A stretch of DNA of 64,000 nt, taken from NCBI GenBank assembly GCA_002402635.1, contig DHGE01000126.1, positions 893 through 64,892 of the forward strand, in the 5' to 3' direction. Made by a program: the position numbers and the translations under genes. The stretch comes from Deferribacterales bacterium UBA4806. Lineage in GTDB: Bacteria; Chrysiogenota; Deferribacteres; Deferribacterales; UBA228. How positions within the stretch are numbered: position 1 is the stretch's first letter; every line of letters starts with the position of its first letter. The notes beneath the pieces are model-generated. The model did no database searches. It saw only the letters and a list, made by a program, of their open reading frames with translations, and was not told where the DNA came from. This document shows positions 51,531-61,164 of this stretch, in pieces.

Positions 51531-51789
51531 TCAATAATTCCTCTGTAGAAATATTCTGATATTCAATTCTTTCCTTTTGTAACAAATCAATAACCTGATT
51601 TTTGTTTAGTTTTCTTGGGAAGTCAGATAAGAAATAGTTTTTATTGACTTCCGAAAACTCCATAAAATAATAGGTTTCGTTATCAATTTTATATATTACC
51701 TTTTTTATTAAATCCCCCTCCCTTTTGTAGTAAAAGATTAAACTCTTGGTGTATGTAAATTCTTCATTATTGTCTAATAACATTTTCAT
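51520..51789 (-). CDS. hypothetical protein
   Basis: ORF in the tiling. Confidence 0.45.
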   Translation of the reverse strand: MKMLLDNNEEFTYTKSLIFYYKREGDLIKKVIYKIDNETYYFMEFSEVNKNYFLSDFPRKLNKNQVIDLLQKERIEYQNISTEELLNAN

Positions 51790-51803
51790 AATAAAACCTC
51801 TGG

Positions 51804-52130
51804 TTAAGGGGTAACATCTTTTACCACCTTAATCCTGTCATTTAAAATAGTTTTAGTAATATTACCTTTTTTAAACTCAATATCATAGTTATATATTGAA
51901 TTTTCTTTTAGTTTATTAGTATCATTGGAAGTTAGCTCTATCATAGTTTTTCCATTAACTGCGTCTATGTGTTCCGTTACTATTTTTTGTAAAATTATAT
52001 TATCTTTCAAGTCCCTCAATGTAAAAGTAACGATAGCATCTGTTAGATTTATGGGTGTAGTATAATTAGTGGTGAATTCTAATAGGATTTGTTTACTATC
52101 CCCTTGTATAATGTCCTGTAATTTTATCAT
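51804..52130 (-). CDS. Ig-like/BppU-N-like small structural protein
   Basis: IQGDSKQILLEFT...INLTDAIVTFTL...YNYDIEF matches a beta-sandwich pattern. Confidence 0.4.
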   Translation of the reverse strand: MIKLQDIIQGDSKQILLEFTTNYTTPINLTDAIVTFTLRDLKDNIILQKIVTEHIDAVNGKTMIELTSNDTNKLKENSIYNYDIEFKKGNITKTILNDRIKVVKDVTP

Positions 52131-52705
52131 TAAGTTAACTCCGTTATATTATATTCTATCTGTAAAAATTCCTCAGTCATTTCTATCTTAATATCCAATG
52201 GGATTATGTTTGCTGGAGGTGTTTGTAAAATAAGTTTTTGAGGATAACTTAAATTTACCAGTAATTTATCCTTGCTTATTGCTACCCCAACTTTTTGTAA
52301 AATTATTTTATTATATCCTACGTTAGCATAGTCCACTTTTCCATTGTAATTTAAGTAATAAGTTTTCCCTACTTGTAGATTTTTCAACCCTGTATTAATA
52401 CCATTCAGATAAACCAATGTTAAATTATCTGATAAGGTATCATTTATAATAAATCCCTTAGCATATCTTCCATTTATACCAGCATCGGCTTTTAGGATTT
52501 CATTGTTTTCATTTATGTAAACAAAATCCCCAGCTTCCATATCTTCAAAAGCTTTACAAATAACAGTTCTGTATTTATAAGTCTCCTTTATAAAATTGTT
52601 AGCAATAATACCATTTTCATTTAATGCTAGGAGACTACCTGATTGATTAGCAATATTCTCTTTTAATAGTCCCGTATTTTCTAATGTAACAAACGATGAA
52701 GGCAC
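52130..52705 (-). CDS. small fibre/receptor-binding-like protein, paralog family member
   Basis: MEAGDFVYIN...AKGFIINDT...VYLNGINTG...GKTYYLN. Confidence 0.5.
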   Translation of the reverse strand: MPSSFVTLENTGLLKENIANQSGSLLALNENGIIANNFIKETYKYRTVICKAFEDMEAGDFVYINENNEILKADAGINGRYAKGFIINDTLSDNLTLVYLNGINTGLKNLQVGKTYYLNYNGKVDYANVGYNKIILQKVGVAISKDKLLVNLSYPQKLILQTPPANIIPLDIKIEMTEEFLQIEYNITELT

Positions 52706-53172
52706 GTAATATCCTCTCTACAATATTTATCTATATACTTTAAATACTCATCCTCTTGCTCAAGGGCATCCTTCTCCCATTCATTTTCACTCCATTCTTG
52801 TTTAGTAATCTGCTCAAATACATATTCCTTGTTTTTATAAATATATAAACATTTTCCATTTTTATTTATTTCTTTTAATTCTTTTTTTATGTACTGTTTA
52901 CAATGTATCAATTCATGTATTAAAACTCTTATAAAAAATTTAGCATCTAAACAAATATCTAATCCAATACTATAACTATTTGGGAAGAAATACAATGTAT
53001 AACCAAAAACATCTTCTTTGTTAAATAAATTTTTTGTAAAAACAAAGTTAAAATTTAATTTTCTATCCAATATATCAGGTATCTCCTTTTTTAAAGCGAA
53101 GATAGTTATATTATCAATAATCTTTTTCAATATTTTATTATTACTCCTAAATCCGCTGTAAAACGTTAACAT
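52681..53172 (-). CDS. HExxH zinc-metallopeptidase-like protein
   Basis: RVLIHELIHCKQY. Confidence 0.4.
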   Translation of the reverse strand: MLTFYSGFRSNNKILKKIIDNITIFALKKEIPDILDRKLNFNFVFTKNLFNKEDVFGYTLYFFPNSYSIGLDICLDAKFFIRVLIHELIHCKQYIKKELKEINKNGKCLYIYKNKEYVFEQITKQEWSENEWEKDALEQEDEYLKYIDKYCREDITCLHRLLH

Positions 53173-53192
53173 TTATATTTTCCATATTCATC

Positions 53193-54839
53193 TTATTTTC
53201 CACTACAAGTCGCCATCATAGACCTTGGGCTCGCAAGGTTTCCCCAAGTTATTCCATTGCTTAAAGTGTTAATATCCACATACTCTATATTACTATAATA
53301 CGTATTACTTCCTTTATCCCCACCTATCATAACAGCCCTTGCCCCATTTGATTCTGTTCCTAAATATTCTGCTTGTCTGCCCATAATACCAAAACTTGCA
53401 GCATTACTTGTTGTATTTATATCAATGTACTCAATACTATTGTAATAATAACCAAACGGCCAACTGTAATAATATCCACCAGTAAATATCCCTCTACTTC
53501 TATTACTGGTAGCTCCTATTCCACTTTTTGCTTGTGTTAAGTTACCAAAGGTTTGTGTATTTGCTGGGGTAGCAAATGTAAAGTATTCAATTTTCTGGAC
53601 ATAATTACTCCCATTATATCCACCAGCTACTACACCTCTGGTAATATTTGTTGTAGAGGCGTGAACATAAAGGTTCTGACTAGCATCTCCAAAATGTTTA
53701 GCATTGTTTACTATGTATAAATTAAAGTAATCTAATGATTTTGTTGCCCCATTATCATTTTGCCCGCCACTAACTACTGCTAATTGCCCATTGCTAGTGG
53801 AGGCTGTATTTCTTTTAGCCTGAGTTAGATTACCGAAATATAAGCTATTATTGGGGTTTGATATAATGATATATTGAATACTATCTAGGGTTAAGTTTTC
53901 CTTTGTTAAACCACCACTGAAAACTCCCCTATTCTTGTCAGAAGTCCCACTCATACGGGATATAGAATTAATCATATCCCCGAAATAGGAGGTCTGACCT
54001 GATACAGGAATATTTAAACTTTGCATATCACTATAAACGAAATTAGCTCTAATACCACCTGCTATAATACCAGTATCTCCGAACACAGGTAAACTAGTTG
54101 TAGTGGTGGTGTAAATTTTACTGATAACAGATTTTGTCTGGTCACTGTTTTTAATGATAATTCTGTAGTCGTAACTTGTTTCTTGTGCTAGATTAGGTAT
54201 TTGAATTGTATAAGTCCCTACTCCTGTAATAGGATTATTAGCAAAGGATATACTTGTCCAGCTTGTATCTGTACTGAGTTTATAATCAACACTTAGATAT
54301 AAACTTGTATTATTATTAAGATTAGTTATATTTATAGTAGTATCTATTGTAGTTGCGGCTGGGGTTACAGATATAGTATAATTAGGTATATACCAGTCTT
54401 CACCATAAAATCTAACGTAAGGTGTCCATAAGGTATAATTTCCTAAGTTATCTTTATATCTTGCCCTTATAAAATAAGTTCTATCAGTATAATTGAAAGG
54501 ATGTGTATAAGTAGTGGTATATTCTACTTCATAGCTATCGAAAACTATATTTTGAAATAGGTCATCTGTAGCTATTTGAACTTGAGTAGTTAAAGGTGTC
54601 CCATAACCATCAAAAGGCGTTATCTGAACTGTTTTTTCATTGATAGACAGAACCTGGTCAGGTTCTATATTGAGAATTTTGGGGGTTGGTGCTAATTTTA
54701 AGGCTTTGATATAATTTTCCAGAGAGGTATATTGTTTTAATAGGTTATTTTGTAATTGTACTAAATCCACAGGTGTAGTGCTATCCTCTAGATTTATTTT
54801 TTCTAATGTATTATCATCTTTGCGTATTATAAACGCCAT
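53193..54839 (-). CDS. structural protein: N-terminal FN3/Ig-like region + C-terminal six-fold repeat (propeller-like)
   Basis: Six units of about 47 aa of the form GG....N.IEY..I.T..N...FG.L...R......S...R. Confidence 0.55.
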   Translation of the reverse strand: MAFIIRKDDNTLEKINLEDSTTPVDLVQLQNNLLKQYTSLENYIKALKLAPTPKILNIEPDQVLSINEKTVQITPFDGYGTPLTTQVQIATDDLFQNIVFDSYEVEYTTTYTHPFNYTDRTYFIRARYKDNLGNYTLWTPYVRFYGEDWYIPNYTISVTPAATTIDTTINITNLNNNTSLYLSVDYKLSTDTSWTSISFANNPITGVGTYTIQIPNLAQETSYDYRIIIKNSDQTKSVISKIYTTTTTSLPVFGDTGIIAGGIRANFVYSDMQSLNIPVSGQTSYFGDMINSISRMSGTSDKNRGVFSGGLTKENLTLDSIQYIIISNPNNSLYFGNLTQAKRNTASTSNGQLAVVSGGQNDNGATKSLDYFNLYIVNNAKHFGDASQNLYVHASTTNITRGVVAGGYNGSNYVQKIEYFTFATPANTQTFGNLTQAKSGIGATSNRSRGIFTGGYYYSWPFGYYYNSIEYIDINTTSNAASFGIMGRQAEYLGTESNGARAVMIGGDKGSNTYYSNIEYVDINTLSNGITWGNLASPRSMMATCSGK

Positions 54840-54842
54840 AAT

Positions 54843-55766
54843 TTACTCCTCTGGTAGGGCATTTCTGTCTAAATAAATATACCAATCTTTTCCTATATCT
54901 TCTAATCCCATTCTTTTAAGTACTAACTTGTATTCATTTTGAAACTCATTTGTTATCTTATCTAAAAACTCCTCAAAATGTTCTATGTTCGGGAACTTAC
55001 CCTGTTGTATTTCCTGTTCTGTGTGCATTACGTAATTTTTAACTAAAAATAAGGCAGTTTGAACATTTATACCAAATTGGGATAGGTATTCAATTATACT
55101 ATCCCTTGGTCTCCCTTGTGTTAATATGTCTCTATACAATAATTCAAATGCCCTTCTAATATGAAATTTTATCTCCTCTTCTTGGGCATCTTTTTCATCC
55201 CAGTTGTCTGGTATGTTATGTGCTTTTTTTATCTCTGTATATGCGGTAACGAAGTTTGCTAAATCCTTTATAGCCCCTTCAATATATGTAAAACTATCAC
55301 TTATCCCAGTAGCCTTTTCTTCAATTTCCAGGGATAGTTTAGCTAGTTCTTTTTTATCATAGTCAGATTTTAGCATTTCTTGGTACTTTTCCTGTAATGT
55401 TTCCAATTCAATTTTAGCTTTTTTTAATCCCAATATATTGTGTAGTAAAGCTCCTCTTCTATCTTCTATTTCAGTTAAGCATTGTCTCAATAGTCTGTAA
55501 GGACAGCTCATACCGTGTAACATAGTTAAGGTCATTAATCTACCTGTAATATTGGTTTTAGAACGTCCCAAAGTTTTTGTAGCTCTATTTATCTCTGGTA
55601 TATGCTCTCCAATCTTTTCTAGTTTTTGTTCATCAAAAACATTAAAAAGTTTAGTGTCGTTCAAACTTCTTGTGGTTAACTTAGTGAAAATATCTTCTTT
55701 GTTTAATAAACTATTAATTTGGTTTTGAACTCTTGCTAAACTATTTTTGTTTTTTTCTTTTTTCAA
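54843..55766 (-). CDS. hypothetical protein
   Basis: ORF in the tiling, TTG start. Confidence 0.5.
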   Translation of the reverse strand: MKKEKNKNSLARVQNQINSLLNKEDIFTKLTTRSLNDTKLFNVFDEQKLEKIGEHIPEINRATKTLGRSKTNITGRLMTLTMLHGMSCPYRLLRQCLTEIEDRRGALLHNILGLKKAKIELETLQEKYQEMLKSDYDKKELAKLSLEIEEKATGISDSFTYIEGAIKDLANFVTAYTEIKKAHNIPDNWDEKDAQEEEIKFHIRRAFELLYRDILTQGRPRDSIIEYLSQFGINVQTALFLVKNYVMHTEQEIQQGKFPNIEHFEEFLDKITNEFQNEYKLVLKRMGLEDIGKDWYIYLDRNALPEE

Positions 55767-55804
55767 AAAGCACCTCTTTATTCTTTATATTATAATAACT
55801 CTTT

Positions 55805-56053
55805 TTATGAAACAATGTTAAAATTAAGTACTTTACCTATATTATTGCCTTGGTTATCTGTTACATTTATTGAAACTGTAAATTTTGTAGTTGTAGTATT
55901 ACCTACATATAAACTATATTCAGTTTCAGTTACCTTATTTAAGGTAATATAATTAACTGTTTCTAGAATATAAGCATAAGAACTTTCCAAGGCAGTCTCC
56001 CCTGTGGTTTTTGTTAGTGTAATTTTGTAAATCTTACCTTTGTTTACGTCCAT
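55805..56053 (-). CDS. small beta-rich structural protein
   Basis: T/N/V-rich, 82 aa, within the fibre module. Confidence 0.45.
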   Translation of the reverse strand: MDVNKGKIYKITLTKTTGETALESSYAYILETVNYITLNKVTETEYSLYVGNTTTTKFTVSINVTDNQGNNIGKVLNFNIVS

Positions 56054-56055
56054 AA

Positions 56056-56616
56056 TTATATACTTAACTCCGTTACAATATAGTCTATCAATAAGGAAGT
56101 CTTTTCAATTACTACTTTTATATCCACTGGTGTTATAGTTCCTATTTCGGTTACAGTTACATTATAGTCCATTGGTTCTAAAGCTTTAATTTCTTTAACA
56201 TATAAATTTTTATTATGTTTTACTTCTACATTATTCTTAACAGCTTTAAAAGTTAGCGGTATTAAATGATTATTAAAATTAGTATTTACTGTTAAGTTAA
56301 AAGTCCCATTTCCATTATCTATAAAAGTAATATTTTCATCTTCAGGAATATCGATACTATAAGTGCCTCCTGCTACATCTGTTAAAGTTATAGTATATGT
56401 TATATTCTTTTCTATTATATTATTGATTACATTATTGTTTGAGTCTTTTATGGAATACATTAGCCAATAGCAAATATCCTGGTCAGTTAAAGTATAAGTA
56501 TAATCGTGCCATTCACCATATCTATCATTATCCTGTAATCTGACAGAAAAGGTGTAATTACTACCTACCTGACTTACATCGTGATTTAATTGCGTAAAGA
56601 ATACTTGATATGCCAA
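56056..56616 (-). CDS. Ig-like structural protein
   Basis: Beta-rich. The C-terminal IDYIVTELSI echoes the C-terminus of 52130..52705 (IEYNITELT). Confidence 0.45.
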   Translation of the reverse strand: MAYQVFFTQLNHDVSQVGSNYTFSVRLQDNDRYGEWHDYTYTLTDQDICYWLMYSIKDSNNNVINNIIEKNITYTITLTDVAGGTYSIDIPEDENITFIDNGNGTFNLTVNTNFNNHLIPLTFKAVKNNVEVKHNKNLYVKEIKALEPMDYNVTVTEIGTITPVDIKVVIEKTSLLIDYIVTELSI

Positions 56617-56619
56617 TTT

Positions 56620-59115
56620 TTACCTCACAAAAATCATTCCATTAGCCCACAAAGCATTAGTAATATTTGGGGCATCATATTGTATCCCTACTCTTATTGC
56701 GTTCATAGGCGTATCTAAATTGTAAGTATTAGTAGGTATTGTATAGGCGTTGTTAGTTAATGTAGTAGCAACACTTCCCATAACTGTAAAATAATCAATA
56801 GCAGGGGGGTTAACAGGTAAACCTAAAGCCAGTGAATTATAGTCCTGCGCATCCCAGTTGCTCATTTTTTTATTTATACTCAATCCGTTACTACCTACTC
56901 TTATTATTTGAAAATCGTTTGGTATAAAAACCTGAGTAAAATAAAATGGGAAGGTAATAGTCCAATATACACTTACATTACTGTTTCCAAATAAAGGGTC
57001 ACTTCCTGTAGATATATAAAAATATATATGTCCAATAATACTAGCAAAACTACCATAATTGTTAGAGTTGTCCCCAATTCCTACAGTCCAGTTTCCACCA
57101 AGGTGATAATCTGTTCTAGTAATACTAACATAAGGAGCTTGTGTCCAAGGATTATCTATATTCCAATAAGTTAAGCCCATCCAACCACCATTACTTACAG
57201 TCATATCGCAATAGATTTTTATAGGATTAGAATATCCGTTAGGTTTAATCCAGTAGTAATCATTTCCTTGATTATCATAATAATAAGCACTGGTTTCGGG
57301 ATAACTTTTGGGGTTCTTGTAGTGCATTGCACTTGGGAAGGCATACCCATCAGCTCCTATCCAGGCACCATCTTGCTTTATATAAGGTATTTGTATTCCA
57401 TCTATGCTTTCATAAGTATTTTTTATAGTCCCATCTGGTAGTCTTATTTGGGCACTTACTTGTTTATTTTGTAAAGTATAATCATTTAACACTAATATTC
57501 TTAACTTATTATTGTATTTTATAGTATTTTCATATATAACTTCTGGAGAGGTAAAATAAATATCATCTGTTCTCAGTTCAGGTAAATTTTGTATTTCTGT
57601 TATTTTATTGTTTATTAAAGTAATATTGTTATCTATCTCTCCAAACATTGTGGTAAATAAATCCTGTGTTTCATATAAGTTATTATTAGTAGCATTATAA
57701 ATATTAGTTATTTCATTCAAAAATTCTTGGTTTTGATTTATCTGGTTTGTTAATTCTGTATTTTTATTTTGTAAATCATTATCTAATATAACAATAGCAT
57801 TTTCCAGTTCGTTTAAATTAGTAGCTATGCTTGTATTTAAACCTGTAACGGTGTTTAATATTATTTGTAAATTATTTACCTGATTTTCTAATCCAATTAT
57901 TTTATTGTTTATAGAGTTGGTTAAAGTTTGTAAAGAAGTTACCTGTGTTTCTACATTGGTTAGGGATAAATTTATATTAGTAATGTCCTCCGACAAATTT
58001 ATTTGAGCATTTGTAAAATCTGTATTAAAGGTATTTATGTTATTACTTAAACTTGTTTTATAATTATTATAAGTATTTCTTGTAGTTATTATATAATTGT
58101 TTAAATCTTCTTGTATATTATATAAATTGGTAATAATACTATCCAATGTAGTATTTATTATATCTATTTGATTTTGTAGGGAAGTATTCATATTGTCTGT
58201 TTCGGTTTGGTATTGATTAGCTTTATCTTGAATTCCATTTATTAAGTTAGTTACTTTTTCCAGATTTTCATTTACATTTATAGCAGTATTTTCCAGATTG
58301 TTAAACAAATCAATTAAGCTGTTATTATACACATCTGTTAGTTTCTGTAAATATTCTATTTTCCCCGTATTATCTAGTTGAATAGGATACTCCATCTTAT
58401 AACAATAAAAACTTAACACAGTATTTACGGGTATTGTATTTATTAACCTTATTGTATTATCACTTACTGCTAAATAATCAATGTCAGGGATAAGTAATTT
58501 ATTATTTTTATAAATTTCCACCTGATTGTTTATATTTGTAATTCCCTGAGGTAGGTTTAGATAACTATTAGCTAGTAAATCTTTTGTAGTGGTTATTTGC
58601 TTAAATACTATATTATTGTTTTCTGTAATTGTGGTAGTCTTTGAGTTATAAAATAAAGCATATCCATATAGGGAGGCATTGGTTAAAGTAAATTTTATAT
58701 AAATAATATTAGTTTTATAATTAATAAACTCGTAATTTTTTGTATTAAAATAAGTAATATTGTCTGGGCTCCACTGTAATTGTATTGTCCCGTTGCCTGT
58801 GTATAATATACTAAAATTATTTAAGAATAAATTATGCCTAAAAATAACAGTACCAGTCCCACTGTAAGATAAGTTTGTATAAGGTATGGTTTTAGCTATA
58901 GCGTTATCAACTTCTATACTATTTATATAACAATTTTCAAATAGGTTATTACTAAACTTATTTATATAAATCCCATCTGCTTTTATTTGGTTTAGTCTAA
59001 ACTCTAACTCTTTACTTAAATTTAATATTTTTTGATAATTATTATTTAATACAATTACGGAGTCTTCTAGGCTATTCTTATTATTTACCAAATCCAGTAA
59101 AAAAATATTATTCAT
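56620..59115 (-). CDS. large Asn-rich coiled-coil tail fibre with fibrinogen-like C-terminal domain
   Basis: Central N-rich heptad region. C-terminal YYWIKPNGYSNPIKIYCDMTVSNGGWMGL. Confidence 0.65.
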   Translation of the reverse strand: MNNIFLLDLVNNKNSLEDSVIVLNNNYQKILNLSKELEFRLNQIKADGIYINKFSNNLFENCYINSIEVDNAIAKTIPYTNLSYSGTGTVIFRHNLFLNNFSILYTGNGTIQLQWSPDNITYFNTKNYEFINYKTNIIYIKFTLTNASLYGYALFYNSKTTTITENNNIVFKQITTTKDLLANSYLNLPQGITNINNQVEIYKNNKLLIPDIDYLAVSDNTIRLINTIPVNTVLSFYCYKMEYPIQLDNTGKIEYLQKLTDVYNNSLIDLFNNLENTAINVNENLEKVTNLINGIQDKANQYQTETDNMNTSLQNQIDIINTTLDSIITNLYNIQEDLNNYIITTRNTYNNYKTSLSNNINTFNTDFTNAQINLSEDITNINLSLTNVETQVTSLQTLTNSINNKIIGLENQVNNLQIILNTVTGLNTSIATNLNELENAIVILDNDLQNKNTELTNQINQNQEFLNEITNIYNATNNNLYETQDLFTTMFGEIDNNITLINNKITEIQNLPELRTDDIYFTSPEVIYENTIKYNNKLRILVLNDYTLQNKQVSAQIRLPDGTIKNTYESIDGIQIPYIKQDGAWIGADGYAFPSAMHYKNPKSYPETSAYYYDNQGNDYYWIKPNGYSNPIKIYCDMTVSNGGWMGLTYWNIDNPWTQAPYVSITRTDYHLGGNWTVGIGDNSNNYGSFASIIGHIYFYISTGSDPLFGNSNVSVYWTITFPFYFTQVFIPNDFQIIRVGSNGLSINKKMSNWDAQDYNSLALGLPVNPPAIDYFTVMGSVATTLTNNAYTIPTNTYNLDTPMNAIRVGIQYDAPNITNALWANGMIFVR

Positions 59116-61164
59116 TTATTCTCCACCAATTAATACAAAGTCCTGTTTTTCAACGAAATAATTCTGTGTATTATATCCTCTAATTATAATTTTATATATT
59201 TTCCCGAAATCGTTTATATCTGTTAAAGTTATTTTATATTGGGTAGAACTTATTTGTTGTTTTATTATATTTGTAGTTCCTATTAAATTTATATTATATC
59301 GTAATTCTGGGTTTGATAAAAATACATCCACGGTAGCACTGTCTATGGAACTGGTTATATTTATTGTATATGTAAATTGAATATTAGGCATAGTCATAGC
59401 TGTTAGCATAAAAAACACAGGAATACTCAGGTTTAAATAATCATCCATCGTTTGACAGGTGCAACTAAAGGATTGTCCAGGTATTGCTTGTAAATCTACA
59501 AAAAACCTTTCACCTACATAACTCTTATCTTCTATTTTCCATAAATAAGTAATCCTATCAGTGAAATAGCTTTTTCCCTTTTTAGCAGTTAAAAGAACTT
59601 TATCCTCTATATTAAAAAAGGTAGGGATTTCAATAGCAGGCTCTGTTACGAATAAGGAGGTTTGTGATAAATTATTATATAGGTTTAAGTTTTGATAAGT
59701 ATTAATTAAATTGTTGTTTATATCGAATAAAACATTTGTATTATTTTGTATGGTATTATTTATATTGCTTATTATATTATTTACTATATCTTGCGTTTCT
59801 AATAAATCAGCACGTAAATTATTAATTATAGTCATAATATTATTATACATAGTATTTATATTATTATTTAAAGTATCCTTTTTACTATAAGCAGGTAATA
59901 AATTGTTGTTTGTGGTAGTATAAGCGTTATTTAAGTTGGTCATATTTGTAGTGGTTATAGTTACACTGGTATTAGTTGAACCTAATACATTGGTATCAAA
60001 ATCATTTAACTGGTTGGTATAAGAGCCTATATTACTGATTAAAGTATTTATATTATTGTTTAAGGTTGATATTTGACTATTTATATTATTTAAAAAATTA
60101 TTTAAATTATTATTTAAAGTGTTTACTCTATTTATAAATTCTGTGTTTTTACTCTCTATCAAATTGGTTGTAGTGGTTTTATAATTATTTATGGTATTTT
60201 GTGTCTGGGGTATATAAGTATCTTCTATATAGGAGGTGTTATTATTTATGGTAGTAATTCTATCCGGGAAGGCAGTGGTTAATTGGTTATAATTATTTTC
60301 CAGAGTTATGTCTATATTGTTTATATTTATTAATAGGTCTTGCGTTTCATTTCTTAATTCGATTATCTGGGTGTTATAGGATTGTAGTTTATTATAAATA
60401 TCTCCTACCGTTCCTTGTATTATATTTTCAATGTATTTTATTATCTGAAAATTACTTTTACTAAAATCTGCTTCCACATAATATTCTTTCAAATATAAGG
60501 AATGGTTTGCTGATAAATCATTATTGGTTATAATTGTATTTTTATCCTTAACTACATAATCATAATCTGGTATCCAGAATTTTCCAGTGTCGTCCCATAT
60601 CTTTATATAAGTAAAATCAAGTGGGAGGGTTATTTCTTGCCCTACTGTTATATCTTCTGTTAAGGTAAATATGGTTTCCTGTTTTACTTTACTTACATTA
60701 AAAGTTGGTTTAAATCCATATAATATACAAAACCCGTAGAACTTGGTGGAGGTATTAAAAGTAAACTTTAAATCGAATTTTGTTATAGTTTTATTTTCTG
60801 TCGTAGTAAATTCTTGATAATTATCCCCATATTTATAATATACGTTTATTTCTTTATCCGCTATGGGTAATATATAAAAATAAGTGGTAGTTAAATTTAC
60901 AGAAGTTCTTAGTTCAGAACTAACATCACACTCAAAATAGGTATCCTTAAACTTTGGTATAATATCTCCATATCTTTCTATATCTTTGTCCTCGAAAAAA
61001 TAATTGATATAGCAATTTTGAAAATCTACATTGTTTAATAAATTAGTAAATTCAGATAAAAATAAATATTTTTTGTAGGTTTTGAATAAAAGAGAGGGTA
61101 GGATATTATTGTAATTATTTAAGTTGTTATTAATTTTAATTAAACTTTCTTTTAATTTTATCAT
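59116..61164 (-). CDS. large Asn-rich coiled-coil tail fibre (paralog)
   Basis: N-terminal region and central coil are colinear with the neighbouring fibres. Confidence 0.6.
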   Translation of the reverse strand: MIKLKESLIKINNNLNNYNNILPSLLFKTYKKYLFLSEFTNLLNNVDFQNCYINYFFEDKDIERYGDIIPKFKDTYFECDVSSELRTSVNLTTTYFYILPIADKEINVYYKYGDNYQEFTTTENKTITKFDLKFTFNTSTKFYGFCILYGFKPTFNVSKVKQETIFTLTEDITVGQEITLPLDFTYIKIWDDTGKFWIPDYDYVVKDKNTIITNNDLSANHSLYLKEYYVEADFSKSNFQIIKYIENIIQGTVGDIYNKLQSYNTQIIELRNETQDLLININNIDITLENNYNQLTTAFPDRITTINNNTSYIEDTYIPQTQNTINNYKTTTTNLIESKNTEFINRVNTLNNNLNNFLNNINSQISTLNNNINTLISNIGSYTNQLNDFDTNVLGSTNTSVTITTTNMTNLNNAYTTTNNNLLPAYSKKDTLNNNINTMYNNIMTIINNLRADLLETQDIVNNIISNINNTIQNNTNVLFDINNNLINTYQNLNLYNNLSQTSLFVTEPAIEIPTFFNIEDKVLLTAKKGKSYFTDRITYLWKIEDKSYVGERFFVDLQAIPGQSFSCTCQTMDDYLNLSIPVFFMLTAMTMPNIQFTYTINITSSIDSATVDVFLSNPELRYNINLIGTTNIIKQQISSTQYKITLTDINDFGKIYKIIIRGYNTQNYFVEKQDFVLIGGE

